Shown: one piece after another, positions 42,352 through 55,699 of the stretch
Numbering within the stretch: the stretch's first letter is position 1
Layout: each line of letters begins with the position of its first letter
Source of the DNA: the human T2T-CHM13v2.0 reference genome, Homo sapiens
Direction: 5' to 3'
Assembly (NCBI GenBank): GCA_009914755.4
Contig: CP086569.2
Span: 18,272,001-18,336,000 of the forward strand
DNA length: 64,000 nt
Translations under genes and position numbers: made by a program
Notes under the pieces: generated by a model
Database searches by the model: none
Told to the model about the DNA's origin: nothing
Seen by the model: the letters and a program-made list of their open reading frames with translations, nothing else

Positions 42352-43113
42352 GTGATTCTGATGTGGCTGCTTTTCAGTGATGTGCATTGAGGTGCTTTAC
42401 TCTCTACCACAGATAAAAATTAATGTAAATGATTTCAATCCACTCCACTGTAGTTCACTGGACCAAGCTTATTAATTCAACTGTGAATAGCTGGAAATGT
42501 GGAACTTGCATTTTAGATTTTTCCAAAGTCTCATTTTTAATACTCACACATTTTAGGGTGTTCAAGAGAAAATAAATGATTGCCTTAAAGGGATAATTTA
42601 TCATGACTCTGCATGTGAAAGGAATTGCATTGAATTTTTCCCCCAATAGTAGAAATAGCCCAATTCCTATGGCAAAATAGTAATAATCTATTTATAGCCA
42701 GAGTTAGGTAAGAAAAGTGCAGTCCTTTTTAGTTTCCCTAGGTAAGCATTGATCAAATTGCATTTTTCATTAATGAGAGTATCTATGAAATCAGTAGAGA
42801 TTAAGTGTATGAATAATTGTCAAATAGTTGCACAGAAAGCAAAAGAACTTTCAATAAATTTGTTTCACTTTTTCCCCCAGGTATTTTCCTCTCCCCTTAT
42901 TCTTTCCGTCCTCTGCTAATTTATTTATGAAGCAATTTATTGAACTTCTATTAAGTGAAAGGCCATGGGGAAATCAAAATATGTGAGGTAGATTCCTACC
43001 CTCAAAGAGCTGATCACAAAGAAGAGACAGACTCCTAAAAGAGGCAAAAAAACTAAAAAGGAGACATGATAATAATAAATTAATGAATAGGGTGGCAGTT
43101 TTCATCATAGTCA

Positions 43114-43504
<391 letters not shown>

Positions 43505-44566
43505 GAATGAAAGAAAAAAGAAAACCTTGCAAGAAGACTAGCAATGTCAACTTATGGGTCTTATTCATAGAGTTATGCAACTTGGAGGCAAATGAGAACC
43601 AGTATCCTTTCACCTGCAAGCATCCTCAAAAATCAGAATATCCTTCAATATTTTCTCCTCCAATATTGGCTTATAAGTAGAAACATCTAAAATACAGTTA
43701 TGCATCATTTAACTGCATGGTTAAATTCTAAGAAATTTATCACGAGGCAATTTCATCATTGTGTGAACATTAAATGGTACACTTACACACACCTAGATGG
43801 TCTAGGTTATTGCACACTTGGGCTACACACCAGTACAGCAAATAACTGTATGGAACACTGTAGGCAACTTAATACAACAGTAGATATTTCCATACTTGAA
43901 TATATTTAAATAAAAACACAGTACATTAAAAATACTGTTATTATAATCTTCTGGGGCCCCCACTGTCTGTGGGGTCTACTTTGCTGTGATTTACACAACA
44001 ATATTATAGCGTGCAAAAATATTGTGAGAGGCTTGAGAAAACCTGATCATTGGTAAAAAGCTGAAACAGTAGGTTATTTGAAGGAGGTTGAACATATTTG
44101 GGGACCTATAAGATAATTTTAGGATTTTGCCATGAAGACTAATCACATAGGAAAAAAACAAAATTAAAACCTCATTGCAAGTATGCAAAATCTTAGAGAG
44201 AGATTCAAATTTTAACTTTTTTTAACTTTTAAAACTTTTTTTAAGTCTAATGTTAATCTGAAAAGAATGTTTTTCTGTTTGTGCCAGTACAAATCAATAG
44301 GACTGGATAAACTGGTTTTAAGTCTGTTATTCTTATAATACATTTATAGATTTAATCTAGGTAATATACTTTTTAGGGGACTTAACCACTTTGTGTTTAT
44401 ATATGGCCATTATAGTATGTTGCAAACATATATTCTGAGTAAGTACTTTGGGTTGTGTATACATAGATCTTCAGATTCTCTGATTTACTTGATAAAATAC
44501 TTCAGTGGGCATAGAACTTCACATGTCAATGTACAGATTTTTTATAAAAACAACCTTTTAATTATA

Positions 44567-44856
44567 CTTTATTTTATTTTATTTTATTTATTTTTTTGAG
44601 AGGGAGTCTCGCACTGTCACCCAGGCTGGAGTGCAGTGGCAAAATCTCGGCTTACTGCAAGCTCTGCCTCCTGGGTTCACACCATTTTCCTGCCTCACCC
44701 TCCCAAGTAGTTGAGACTATGGGTGCCTGCCATCACTCTTTGACAATTTTTTTGTATTTTTAGTAGAGACGGGCATTCACTGTGTTAGCCAGGATGGTCT
44801 CAATCTCCTGACCTCATGATCCATCTGCCTCAGCCTCCCAAAGTGCTGGGATTGCA
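44567..44856 (-). mobile_element. Alu SINE (5' end slightly truncated)
   Basis: T-rich tail, then gagagggagtctcgcactgtcacccaggctggagtgcagtggcaaaatctcggcttactgcaagctctgcctcctgggttcacaccattttcctgcctcaccctcccaagtagttgagactatgggtgcctgcc ... cctcagcctcccaaagtgctgggattgcat. Confidence 0.9.
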
Positions 44857-44999
44857 TATACCTTATTTTTTTAATCTGCCTGCAAATGTATTTAAAATGA
44901 TATAACTTTATATATAAAAAACATACAGCATCAAGAAGGATAAGCAAATTCTCCACAATCTCAAAATCCACAGGAGATAGAATTGTCAGAAGTATTTGA

Positions 45000-45563
45000 A
45001 CCAGAGCAACTCCATCTTGAATAGGGGCTGACTAAAATAAGGCTGAGAACTACTGGGCTGCATTCCCAGACAGTTAAGGCATTCTAAGTCACAGGATGAG
45101 ATAGGAGGTTGGCACAAGATACAGGGTCATAATGGCCTTGCTGATAAAACAGGTTGCAGTAAAGAAGCTGGCCAAATCCCACCAAAACCAAGATGGCAAT
45201 GAGAGTGAACTTTGGTTATCCTCACTGCTACACCCCCACCAGCACCATGACAGTTTACAAATGACATGTCAATGTCAGGAAGTTATCCTGTATGGTCTAA
45301 AAAGAGGAGGCATGAATAATCCACTCCTTTTTTAACATAGCATCAAGAAATAACCATAAAAATGGGCAACCAGCAGTCCTCGGGGCTGCTCTCCATGTGG
45401 AGTAGCCATTGTTTTATTCTTTGACTTTCCTAATAAACTTGCTTTCATTTTGCTCTATGGATTCATCTTGAATTCTTTCATTTCATTTTCAATTCATTTC
45501 AAGGTCCAAGAACTCTCTCTTGGAGTCTGAATCAGGACCTTTTTCTGGTAACACAATGAGGCT
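45000..45563 (+). mobile_element. LTR fragment (3' portion), resembles the LTR12/HERV9 LTR family
   Basis: ggggctgactaaaataaggctgagaactactgggctgcattcccagacagttaaggcattctaagtcacaggatgagataggaggttggcacaagatacagggtcataatggccttgctgataaaacaggttgcagtaaagaagctggccaaatcccaccaaaaccaagatggcaatgagagtgaac ... ataaccataaaaatgggcaaccagcagtcctcggggctgctct ... cctaataaacttgctttcattttgctctatgg ... ctggtaaca. This is a strong recollection of LTR12-type U3/R sequence, but a database comparison is needed. Confidence 0.55.
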
Positions 45564-45819
45564 GAAAAACTTCAAATCTTACATCTTCTGTGAAATTATT
45601 GTTATTATTTATTTTTAAATGAAATTATTATTTTATCTTATTTATGTTAAAATGACACAATAATTGCATCTATTTCTAGAGTACAATGTGATGTTTTCAT
45701 AGATGCACACATGATGAAATGATTAAATCAAACTAATTAGCTTATCACTTCACTTTTTTATTTGTGTTTTTGTGTGTGTTGGTCAAATATTTAAAATGGG
45801 CTTCCCCAGTAATTTTGAA

Positions 45820-45990
45820 ATATACATTACATTATTAATAAGTACAGTCACCATGCTGTGCAATAGATTTCAATAAATCATTCTTCCTATCTAACTGGAA
45901 CTTTCCTCTTCAATCAACATCTCTTCATTGTCTTTCTTCACTCCTCTGTCCCTGGCACCCATCATGCTACTCTCTGCTTCTGAAACCATC
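45820..45990 (-). mobile_element. Old L1 3' UTR fragment (tentative)
   Basis: tacagtcaccatgctgtgcaatagatttcaataaatcattcttcctatctaactggaactttcctcttcaatcaacatctc resembles the reverse complement of L1M/L1PB 3' UTR (...tacagtattgttaactatagtcaccatgctgtacattagatctccagaacttattcatcttataactgaaagtttgtaccctttgaccaacatctcc...). Confidence 0.4.
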
Positions 45991-46199
45991 TTTGTAGGTT
46001 ATATCAGTGAGAAAATTCTAACAGTAAGCTACGCTAGCCTATCTTGCCTTTCCCTTAATTATTTTTGGGCTACTGGGGCAAGCTAACTTGGAAAGACATT
46101 TAGGCTACAAGTTAAATAATAATAGGGCTTGCCCCTAAATGCAGCCACATTTGAAAAGCTAATGGGAAGCATTCAGACTGCAGGGAGAAGAGGAGCCTG

Positions 46200-46650
46200 A
46201 TTCCTGCTAATGCGCAGACATGAAGGATTGCCAGCTATTATTCCAGAGATTATAAAATGTGCAACTTCCCCAATTACTCCTGCACCACCCTTGAAGATTA
46301 GCCTTCTGAGATATCTTGCCAGTCTTTTTGCATGTCTAACACCCATGACTTCACATGGACCTACAACCCAGCCCCTGTGGCCATACCCAGAAGCAATCCA
46401 GCCCACAGGAGGACAGCTTCAACCCCCTACGAATTCATCTCTGCCATAACCAATCAGCAGCAAGCACCGGTTACCTGGCCACTTCTACCTCTTCCTCCAA
46501 ACTATCCTTGAAAAACCTACAAGCTTTGAAAAAGACGATTTGAATATGAATTCCATCTCACACGTGGCATGGCCATCTTCCTGTCTGTTAAACTTTTTCT
46601 CTACTACAGTGCCTTGGTCTTTCTTGATTCGGTGGGCAGGAGGAACCCCT
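46200..46650 (+). mobile_element. Diverged partial copy (3' two-thirds) of the LTR-like repeat found at 46914-47568
   Basis: cccctgtggccatacccagaagcaatccagcccacaggaggacagcttcaaccccctacgaattcatctctgccataaccaatcagcagcaagcaccggttacctggccacttctacctcttcctccaaactatccttgaaaaacctac is collinear with ...atcttgtggaccccatacaggcactgattgaatgcaggaagagagcttgactcactatgattttatctctgaccaatgagcccttctgggtcactggcttccccctacccatcaagttgtccttaaaaactctg in the full copy. Confidence 0.5.
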
Positions 46651-46913
46651 CATGCAGCTACACTTCTATGAGCTTTTCTTTCATAGATGCCACATGGAAC
46701 TGAGATCATGCAGTATCTGTCTTTCTGTGCCTAGCTGATTTCACTGCATATAAACCCTCCAGGTTTATTGATGCTTTCACCATTGTCTATTTTACAACCT
46801 CAGAAGACAGCCTAAAAGTTGATTTTTGTAAACTCCTGTACTGGTAAGCAGCTGTTGGATATGTCATTTAATTTGTTTTCCTCCACTTGTTTTCCTATCT
46901 GTAAGATTGAAAC

Positions 46914-47568
46914 TGCCTTTGCAAAATTATGACTGAGACAATCAAAGAGATCTAACAACGGACTCCATCTTGCTTCTAACCCCTAAGCTGTCCTTGTTCA
47001 CACCTTGCTAAACTAACTTTGGGAGAAACTTAGTTTATAGTTTAAACAAAGACGGTAACATCGCTTTCACAAAGCAGACCTCCTTCTTGCCTATAGACTA
47101 GATTGCCTTTGTAGGACTAATATTAGCCACAAGATTAGAAATTATGGCTTAGGAGTCATGCAACTGGAGGCTACAAAATTCTGACCCTCCCTAAACTGCT
47201 CCTAAGATTAGTGCTTGTGATATTTTGCACTTGATGGATCAGTTGGCCCCACCCAGATCAATAAACTGGCTCATCGGATCTTGTGGACCCCATACAGGCA
47301 CTGATTGAATGCAGGAAGAGAGCTTGACTCACTATGATTTTATCTCTGACCAATGAGCCCTTCTGGGTCACTGGCTTCCCCCTACCCATCAAGTTGTCCT
47401 TAAAAACTCTGCTTCCTGAATGCCCAGGGAGACTGATTTGAGTAATAATAAAACTCTGGTCTCTTGCACAGCTATCTCTGAGTGAATTACTCTTCTTTAT
47501 TGCAATTCCCTTGTCTTAATGAATCATCTCTCTAGGCAGCAGGTAAGATGAACCCCTTGGTGGTTACA
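46914..47568 (+). mobile_element. LTR-like repeat, copy 1 (~655 bp; TG...CA termini; CCAAT-like box and AATAAA signal)
   Basis: Starts tgcctttgcaaaattatgactgagacaatcaaagag and ends ...ctaggcagcaggtaagatgaaccccttggtggttaca. Contains ccaatgag, ttaaaaactctg, taataataaaactctggtctcttgcacagc and ctcttctttattgcaattcc, an LTR U3-R-U5-like layout. About 85% similar by eye to 60586-61260. Family not identified. Confidence 0.6.
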
Positions 47569-47784
47569 AATTTGGTGGCTCATCTGGGTTTGCCCTTGTG
47601 GTGACCTGCCTGTGGTTCCATATCCCCCCTCCAGCAATGGATCCAGAAGCCAGCCCAAGTGCCACCTAGTGCTCTTGGATTGGGGGCTGACCATGGTACT
47701 CTCTGTACTGGCAGGTGCTGCTGACCCAATTTGCATCAATTTAATTGCAATAAAGAAATAATCCTGAGGAGACATCCCTTAACT

Positions 47785-47995
47785 GTAGCCCTATTATAGG
47801 GTGTCTCTCTGTAGCCCCATTGTGGGGTGTCTGGATTGATGAGCTTCCTAGGCACTGCCAATGCCTCCTTCCTTCTCCTGACTGGTTCTGTAGACCTTTG
47901 GTGGGGTGTATGTAGCCCCATTGTTGAGGGTCTATTTGTAGCTCCACCATAGGGTATCTGTGACTATAGCCTCATTGTGGGGTGTCTGTTTGGCT
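47785..47995. repeat. Minisatellite, ~6 units of ~36-40 bp, each with a ccccattgtgggg-type mini-palindrome
   Basis: Units: ctgtagccctattatagggtgtctctc; tgtagccccattgtggggtgtctgg; tgtagccccattgttgagggtctattt; gtagctccaccatagggtatctgtg; actatagcctcattgtggggtgtctgttt. Confidence 0.8.
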
Positions 47996-50879
47996 CTTAG
48001 TGTATCTCTGTTGGCTGTTTCTAGCTAGTAGGAAGAGTACTTGTCTGGGAGATTTCTCCTCAGTCAGGAAGATTTTGAGGAGGTTTCTCAGATGGAGAAT
48101 AGGAGAACAGTTTGGAAGGGGTACTCTTGGAGTTCTTCAATAGGAATCTGGTTTGGAAAGCTTTTTGTCCATATCATCTCTGTGTGTGTTTGTATATGTG
48201 GAAGAGATCTCAGAGGCAATGTGGATGAAAGTCCAGCTGGCCTAACTCAGAGAATCCTCCTTATTTGTCTTCTCACATTTGATCAACCCTAAAGAAGTCT
48301 CAATGGGTGGGTCTCTTGGGTTGACTATCTGCTCTTCCTCTTGCCAAGAGACCCCATTGTGAATTACCACTCAGTGGTCCATCCCCACCTGGAGTAAATC
48401 AAAGACAACAAGGATGAACAAGTAAAAGTTTAAGCTTTGCCAGGTTTATATTGAGTGCTGAATGAAGTGACTAATGTCTGTTTTGTCGTATGTATTTTGC
48501 TGAGATGGAAAATGTTAATTTGGTTCCCCATGCAGCCTGTTGGGCAGCATCTTGTAAATTAAAAATCTTGTGTATAGTTCCATAAAACAGTAAAGGATGA
48601 TTTTTTCTTGTAAAGTGGCTTCAACCAGAAGCCACTCTATTATTCTGGAAGCTGCAGGGAAAGGGAACCCAGGGACCTGGTATGGCAGTGAAAAGGGTAA
48701 GAAATTCTTACCAGCCAAGTTTCTAGTCTCTCTTTCTCTGTCTGGGTAAAACAGTAAACTATTGGTCTCCTCTACTAGGGTTTAATCAATAGAAAAAGGG
48801 ATTTGTAAGACTAGCCTTATGCTGTACCAAATCTGGTGTTCTTTGTGCTAAGAATTTGTCTTTCTGTGCTCTGTAATGGAGAGACAGGTATCATAGGATA
48901 GAATGTGAGTTTAGAACCCCTATAAGCCTGCTTTTCAAGCCAGCTTGGCAGGCTGGTCAGTAACGAACTTTGCCATAAGTCTCTGATACCAATACTGTAT
49001 GAATTTCTCTGTCTTGTTTTGTGTCCTTACAGCTTAAACTTGTGACCATGTGGAGATACTTTCTTTTGGTTTCCACCCACCAGAGGACAAAAATTTAGGG
49101 GTTCATGCCATAGTTAGTCCTAAAAATTTTTCTTAAGCAGTTAAAAGCCTTACAAGCTTAAAATTGGCTTCTCTAGGCTCCTTCTGGGAAAAGCAATAGA
49201 AACTGTTCAATGCTATATAGCTCAGTAGTTAAGGCTTTATATTTTGGCAGTGGTGGCTTGGGTTCAATTGTTGGCTTCTGGAATAATTCCTTTCTGGTTG
49301 TTATTTGTGCAGCTTTGCCATTTATTGAGGTTTTTTCCCTAGTTTCTGATTTCCTCTCTTGAATTTTCCTTTCTCTGAACTACCTTATGGAGATTCTAAA
49401 TCTTGCCTTAAAAAATAAAAGAAAAGAAAAGAAACTGCTTACCATGTATTTGCAGCACCTAGGAGGTTACCTTTCATGAAATTCAGAAGCTAGAAATATT
49501 GGCCACTTGGCATAGCTAAATCAGGTATTAAGAAATTTAAAAGAACTTATTTTTAAAGAGTGCTATGGTTAAAAGTTATCTTAATTAAAGTGGATAAACA
49601 AGCTATAGATATATTTAAAAGACCTTTATGTTTTTCTCTTCTTGGAAGTTGTTTTTCTGGAAAAACGTTTTTTCATCTTAGTTGACTGAATTAGTTTTCT
49701 CCATTGTTTTGTCTTGCCACTCTTAATGCTCACCTAAGAGGCCCTAAGATAACTTCTGGTAGCCTGGAACTCCTTGGAGAAACAGGGGAGGTGCCATAGA
49801 CCCAATTTTGGGAGATAAAAACCTCTGTTTTCCTCATGAAACCCCAGGAATTAAAAGCAGATAAATCCCTCTCAAAATCAAGGGCTCTGTTCTGTTTTGC
49901 ATTGTGTTATCTGACAGTTTTAAGTTTTGTGGGTATCAGAAATTACTTCACATTATAATAACTAGGTAGAAAATATATTTTAAGAGATAGCTAATAGTAG
50001 CTATAGAGGGATACTTGACTGTGTGCACACTCGGATCAGAGAATCTTGCTCTTGGCAACCTGAAAGATAAGGAAACACCCCCATCTCCCCACTGGGAGAT
50101 AAGACTCTTATGAGAGAAGAGCTCATTAAAAAAAAATGGGCTGATTGGCTTTGGGTTGCCTTGCAATGAAATAAAGGATAGAAGCACTGCACTGTCTTCT
50201 CCTGTAGTATTTCCCTCTTTCTAGAGATCCAGTACAAAATGGAACCCTTAAGTCTGGGTATCTGTCTTTACATTCAACTACTTATTTGCTGCATATTTAG
50301 TTCTAGAAATGCATGCTTTTCTGACCCTGTTCTTCCAAGGGCTCCATCCTGAAGCCAGTAATCCAGTTAAGAAAATGACAAAAAGTTTACAAGTGCTGAA
50401 TCTTCTATCTGTGTGTATATTTGTGTTGTATGTTTATATATAAAGGAACACTGATGATTAATTGGCTTTGAAAAATAAGCACTTAAATGAAATATTTTCT
50501 CAAAAAATAGAAACTGTAATGCCTTTTGGTTCACATGACTTTAGAAATCTTTTGGAAATAAACACAGTTTTAAAGATTATTGGTAAAAAAAAGTCTTGAA
50601 AATGTAGACATTTCATCTAAATTAAGGTCAGATATCAGGTTTGCTAAATGCTTTAAGGTAAAACTGTTTCTTTGACTTTTGAAAATTGTTTGATTTACCT
50701 ACTTCATAGCATTGGATTATAAATAAGGCCAGGGGACATAGGAAGAGCCATACCCACCCACTAGATGTGCTAAAAGAAGTCAGACCTCATCTTCATTTGT
50801 GGCTAATATCCTAGGGTCCAACCCTAGTACATAATTAAAATCACTTACTTATCAGGTTTTTCACTAAAAATAAAAGTTG

Positions 50880-51180
50880 CTGGCCCACAGCAGTGACTCA
50901 CACCTGTAATCCCAGCATTTTGGGAGGTCAAGGCAGACAGATCACCTAAGATTGGGAATTCAAGACCAAGCTGACCAACATATAAAACCCTTTCTCTATT
51001 AAAAATACAAAAATTAGCTGGATGTGGTGTTGTGTGCCTGTAATATCAGCTACTTCAAAGGCTGAGACAGGAGAATCACTTGAACCCAGAGGGCAGAGAT
51101 TGTGGCGAGCCAAGATCGTGCATTGCACTCCAGCCTGGGAAACAACAGTGAAACTCCATTTCAAAAAAAAAAAAAAAAAA
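50880..51180 (+). mobile_element. Alu SINE with (A)n tail
   Basis: ggcccacagcagtgactcacacctgtaatcccagcattttgggaggtcaaggcagacagatcacctaagattgggaattcaagaccaagctgaccaacatat ... cattgcactccagcctgggaaacaacagtgaaactccatttcaaaaaaaaaaaaaaaaaag. Confidence 0.95.
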
Positions 51181-51731
51181 GTGCTGAAAGTTAACATTGT
51201 AACATGTAGTTGAGACCATTGGAAAAACATTTTACATACAAGGTGTATAGGAAATGTGTTTTTCATTAAAAAAATGTATATATATATGAAGGCATAGGAA
51301 TATGGCTTTTGTTAAAGGTAATGTAATTTTGTCTAGTTCAAAGCGTTTTAAAAATTGTCTTAACCTAAAAGAGTAACGGAACACAATTAAAACTTTAAGC
51401 AAAGTGAAAAGGGTTTATAAAGGGTTAATCTTGTAATATTTCTGTGGGTATAAAGAATTTGGCTGCTAAGATTTAAAAGAAATCATTTAGCTTTTTTCCT
51501 TAAGTAAAAGCTTTAAAATCATACTAATTTGGGGCTAGAATCTGGGGCCATGTATCTGAATAACAGGGTTTTATTTATTTATTTTTTTATTTTTATCTGC
51601 TATTTAATGGAAATTTGTAAAGGGTTCTAATAAGTTTATGAAAATCTTACTTTATAGTCAAACTGAATAAAACTGGATACAGACATAAAATTTTATTTAA
51701 TAAACTAGCTTTAACATTAAAGATGCACTAA

Positions 51732-52091
<360 letters not shown>

Positions 52092-52469
52092 TAATATATT
52101 TTTTTCCCTTTGGTAAATTGCAAAAGAAAAAAAAAAGGAGAAGGAGAGAGAAAAGACAGATTCAGTTGGCCTCATGCTATCTTCATGGGGTCTTTTTGGA
52201 AAGCTAGATCTCCACTATCAGAGTAAAGATTTTTCATTTAAAAATTTTTTTCGAGTTTATCATTTTGGCCAAATGAAAAACTTATGGTGACCTGGTATTC
52301 TATTTTGTGATATCTAGCATTTTAAACCTTAATATTTAACAAACTTTCCAAAATCAAATTATAAAATGTCTCTTTATTACCTAATATTTTAGATATTAGG
52401 TCCTCTAAAGTCCAAAAATAACTTTTGACTTGTTTGGTACAAATATGATACAAGGAGCATTGTCAAATA

Positions 52470-52745
52470 TAAAATGGTGTATGGGTTTCTTTAGTCTAAA
52501 TTCATATAAATGTTTTATTGGTATGTGTTCAAAAACTATGTACAACTCCCATAATTCTAATATAATTTAGCATATGTTACCAGTAATAATTATAATTACT
52601 ACATTAACAGACTGTGTGCCACAGAGGTAACAAATTTCTTTGTCAATCATGTCTTTAACTGTGGCTGCCCTAAAATGATTTTGTCACCCACAGACAACTG
52701 TCATTCTGATCCTCCTTCAAAGATGATTTTATAATCAGCTTTTAT
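52470..52745 (+). repeat. Local segmental duplication, copy 1 (partner at 52860-53420)
   Basis: ttcatataaatgttttattggtatgtgttcaaaaactatgtacaactcccataattctaatataatttagcatatgttaccagtaataattataattactacattaacagactgtgtgccacagaggtaacaaatttctttgtcaatcatgtctttaactgtggctgccctaaaatgattttgtcacccacagacaactg... aligns at ~70-75% to copy 2. Confidence 0.6.
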
Positions 52746-52859
52746 ATTTTATAAAATTTCACAGGTGCTCTTAAATGCTGGATACTAATTAATAGTACTG
52801 GAGATTGTGAGATTAAAATAAAGAAAACAGTTTCAAATAAAAAAGTAAATAGTATTTTA

Positions 52860-53420
<561 letters not shown>

Positions 53421-53432
53421 CAGGTCTCATAT

Positions 53433-53909
53433 TGTAATGCCAAAGGTTCTTGCCTTAGCCATGCCAAAGAGAGACATGGATTGGACTGAGAGAAAAAAAG
53501 CTGTAGGCTTTATTGAGCAGAGTGACAATACAAGGCTTCCACCATGTAGAAGGGGTCCCAAGAAGGTAGCCAGTATTAGAATTTTTGATCACCTTTTAAA
53601 CTCTTTAGGGCGGGAAATACATGCAGAAGGAAGATGTCACCAGAGCAAGAAACAAAGACAATTAATGTATCTTAGATCTTGATGGAAACCAGAATTGTAA
53701 CTTAAGTTTTATCTACCTTATGACCTTGCAGCAGCATGGCAAAGGAGATGGGATCTCACAGGATTTTACAAATTGTGTTTACAAGGAATTAGAATTGGGA
53801 GCATAGATAAGGTCTGCTGGTCACAGAAATGTTAAATGCTTTTAACATTGTTTTTAGGTTCAGGGGATGGGGACGGGAGACAGGGGGTGAGGACACAGGG
53901 AAGCTTACA
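53433..53909 (-). mobile_element. 3' LTR of the provirus (as written on the plus strand)
   Basis: Read on the minus strand it starts TGTAAGCTTC... and ends ...GGCATTACA, a TGTAA/TTACA inverted terminus. It contains tcaataaagcctacagc (AATAAA). The env stop codon lies 2 bp from its edge. Confidence 0.8.
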
Positions 53910-53911
53910 GC

Positions 53912-54190
53912 TTACAGCCAAGGTGTCCATTGGTTAAACATATTCCAGGGCCCTGAGTGTTGAAGCTCCTTTTTTCTACTTTCTGTTCGTTCTCTTATTT
54001 CTTTGACCTTTTCAGTAATGATTTCTGACTGGTTAATGAAATAGCAACATTCTTCTCGTAAGAAGAGGCAGGCTCCTCCCCTTTCAGCTGTTAATAAGTC
54101 TAGGGCTCTCCAGTTTTGAAGAGCTACCACAGCTAGAGAATTAAGCTGGCTTTGTAGGGTCACTAGGGAGTCGGCCACTCGTTCCATATC
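53912..54190 (-). pseudogene. env TM remnant with an intact immunosuppressive-domain region; membrane anchor and tail missing
   Basis: Track ORF 53912-54187 (-) reads [91 protein letters not shown]. Syncytin-1 (HERV-W Env TM), recalled from memory, reads [74 protein letters not shown]... Confidence 0.8.
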
Positions 54191-54525
54191 GTCATTTAAT
54201 TCTCATGATAATTTATAATAGAATTGGATGGAAGAGGTTATGCCTCCAATTCCAGTCCCAATCCTACCCAGTATTCTAGTTCCTGCAATAAAAGGGACAA
54301 TAAGGACTTGCGTGTGGTGAGATTGGGGTATAAGGAGACTTTGTAACTCCTGTTCGGTATATATGGACATGGGAGGTGCTAGAAAGGAGAGAAAGAGTAG
54401 TTCTTTTGGAATGCCATTTAGGCATTAATAGCTGTGCTATTATAGATGAAAAAAATGCCTGAAGTTAGACAGGTGTAACCTGAGGTCTTGTACTAGTCTC
54501 CACTGACCATTTGGTTTTTGTATTC

Positions 54526-54970
54526 CTAGTATTGTGATGTTGCAAGGAATGCTACACTTTCTTGAAAGATCCCACCACTTTTCCTTATCAAAGGCAATAT
54601 CCTCAAAGGCCTGAAACTCTCAAAGGATTTCTTCAGTAAGAAAACTAAACCTTGAGCTTTTAATTGTCTAACGATATCCTGTAATCCTTTGAGAGCTTCA
54701 GGCCTTAAGGGATATTGACTTTGATAAGGAAAAATGGTGGGATCTTTTAGCCTGATTTGGACTGGATGGGCATTCTTTGCTCTTCCAAATTGTCCTTCTA
54801 AGGCCCAGACCTCAAAGTTGATTCCTTCTTCAGGTAGGAAACAATGAATAGGTAATTTGTTCCCCATATTAATGTAGATAATGGTCCTGGCTTTGGCTAA
54901 TATGTCCCTCCCTAATAAGAGTGTGGGACTTTTGGGCTTAACAAGAAAGGCATGTGAAAAGAGCAAAATC
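54526..54970 (-). pseudogene. Protease C-terminus and RT N-terminus remnant; the rest of pol is deleted
   Basis: Track ORF 54526-54966 (-) reads ...HAFLVKPKSPTLLLGRDILAKARTIIYINMGNKLPIHCFLPEEGINFEVWALEGQFGRAKNAHPVQIRLKDPTIFPYQSQYPLRPEALKGLQDIVRQLKAQGLV... The gamma-retroviral protease end (HxFL..P.CP.PLLGRDxL.K) and RT start (VWA...A..A.PV.I.LK.......QYP...EA..G.) are recognisable. Only ~340 bp separate it from env TM. Confidence 0.75.
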
Positions 54971-55348
54971 TCCCAGCTGCAGCTGAGGAGGTGAGCGAAA
55001 TACCTGGTTACAGGCTGTCCTAAGATTCCTTAGATAGCAAATGACTTTAAGGACAGTCATTCAAGGCAGGAGATTAAAACTGAGAAGGCCACGCCAGTGT
55101 CCAGGAGGAAGTCCACTTCCTGGACCTCAATGGTCAAACTTACCCAGGGCTCTGTGAGGGTGATGGCATGAGCTGGCACTTGTCCTGGGCACCCTCAGTC
55201 CTGTTGCTGAAACATCTGCTTGGGTGCTTCTGGCCCAGAGGGCCTTCATCCTCTAGGGCAGTGTGCCTTCCAGTGACTGCCTTGGCATATTAGACATGGG
55301 TGAGGCAACAGTTTTATTTTATTTTATTTTATCTTCGACAATCTTTCT

Positions 55349-55667
<319 letters not shown>

Positions 55668-55699
55668 GGACAATCTTTCTTAAAAGTGTCCTTGCAAAC

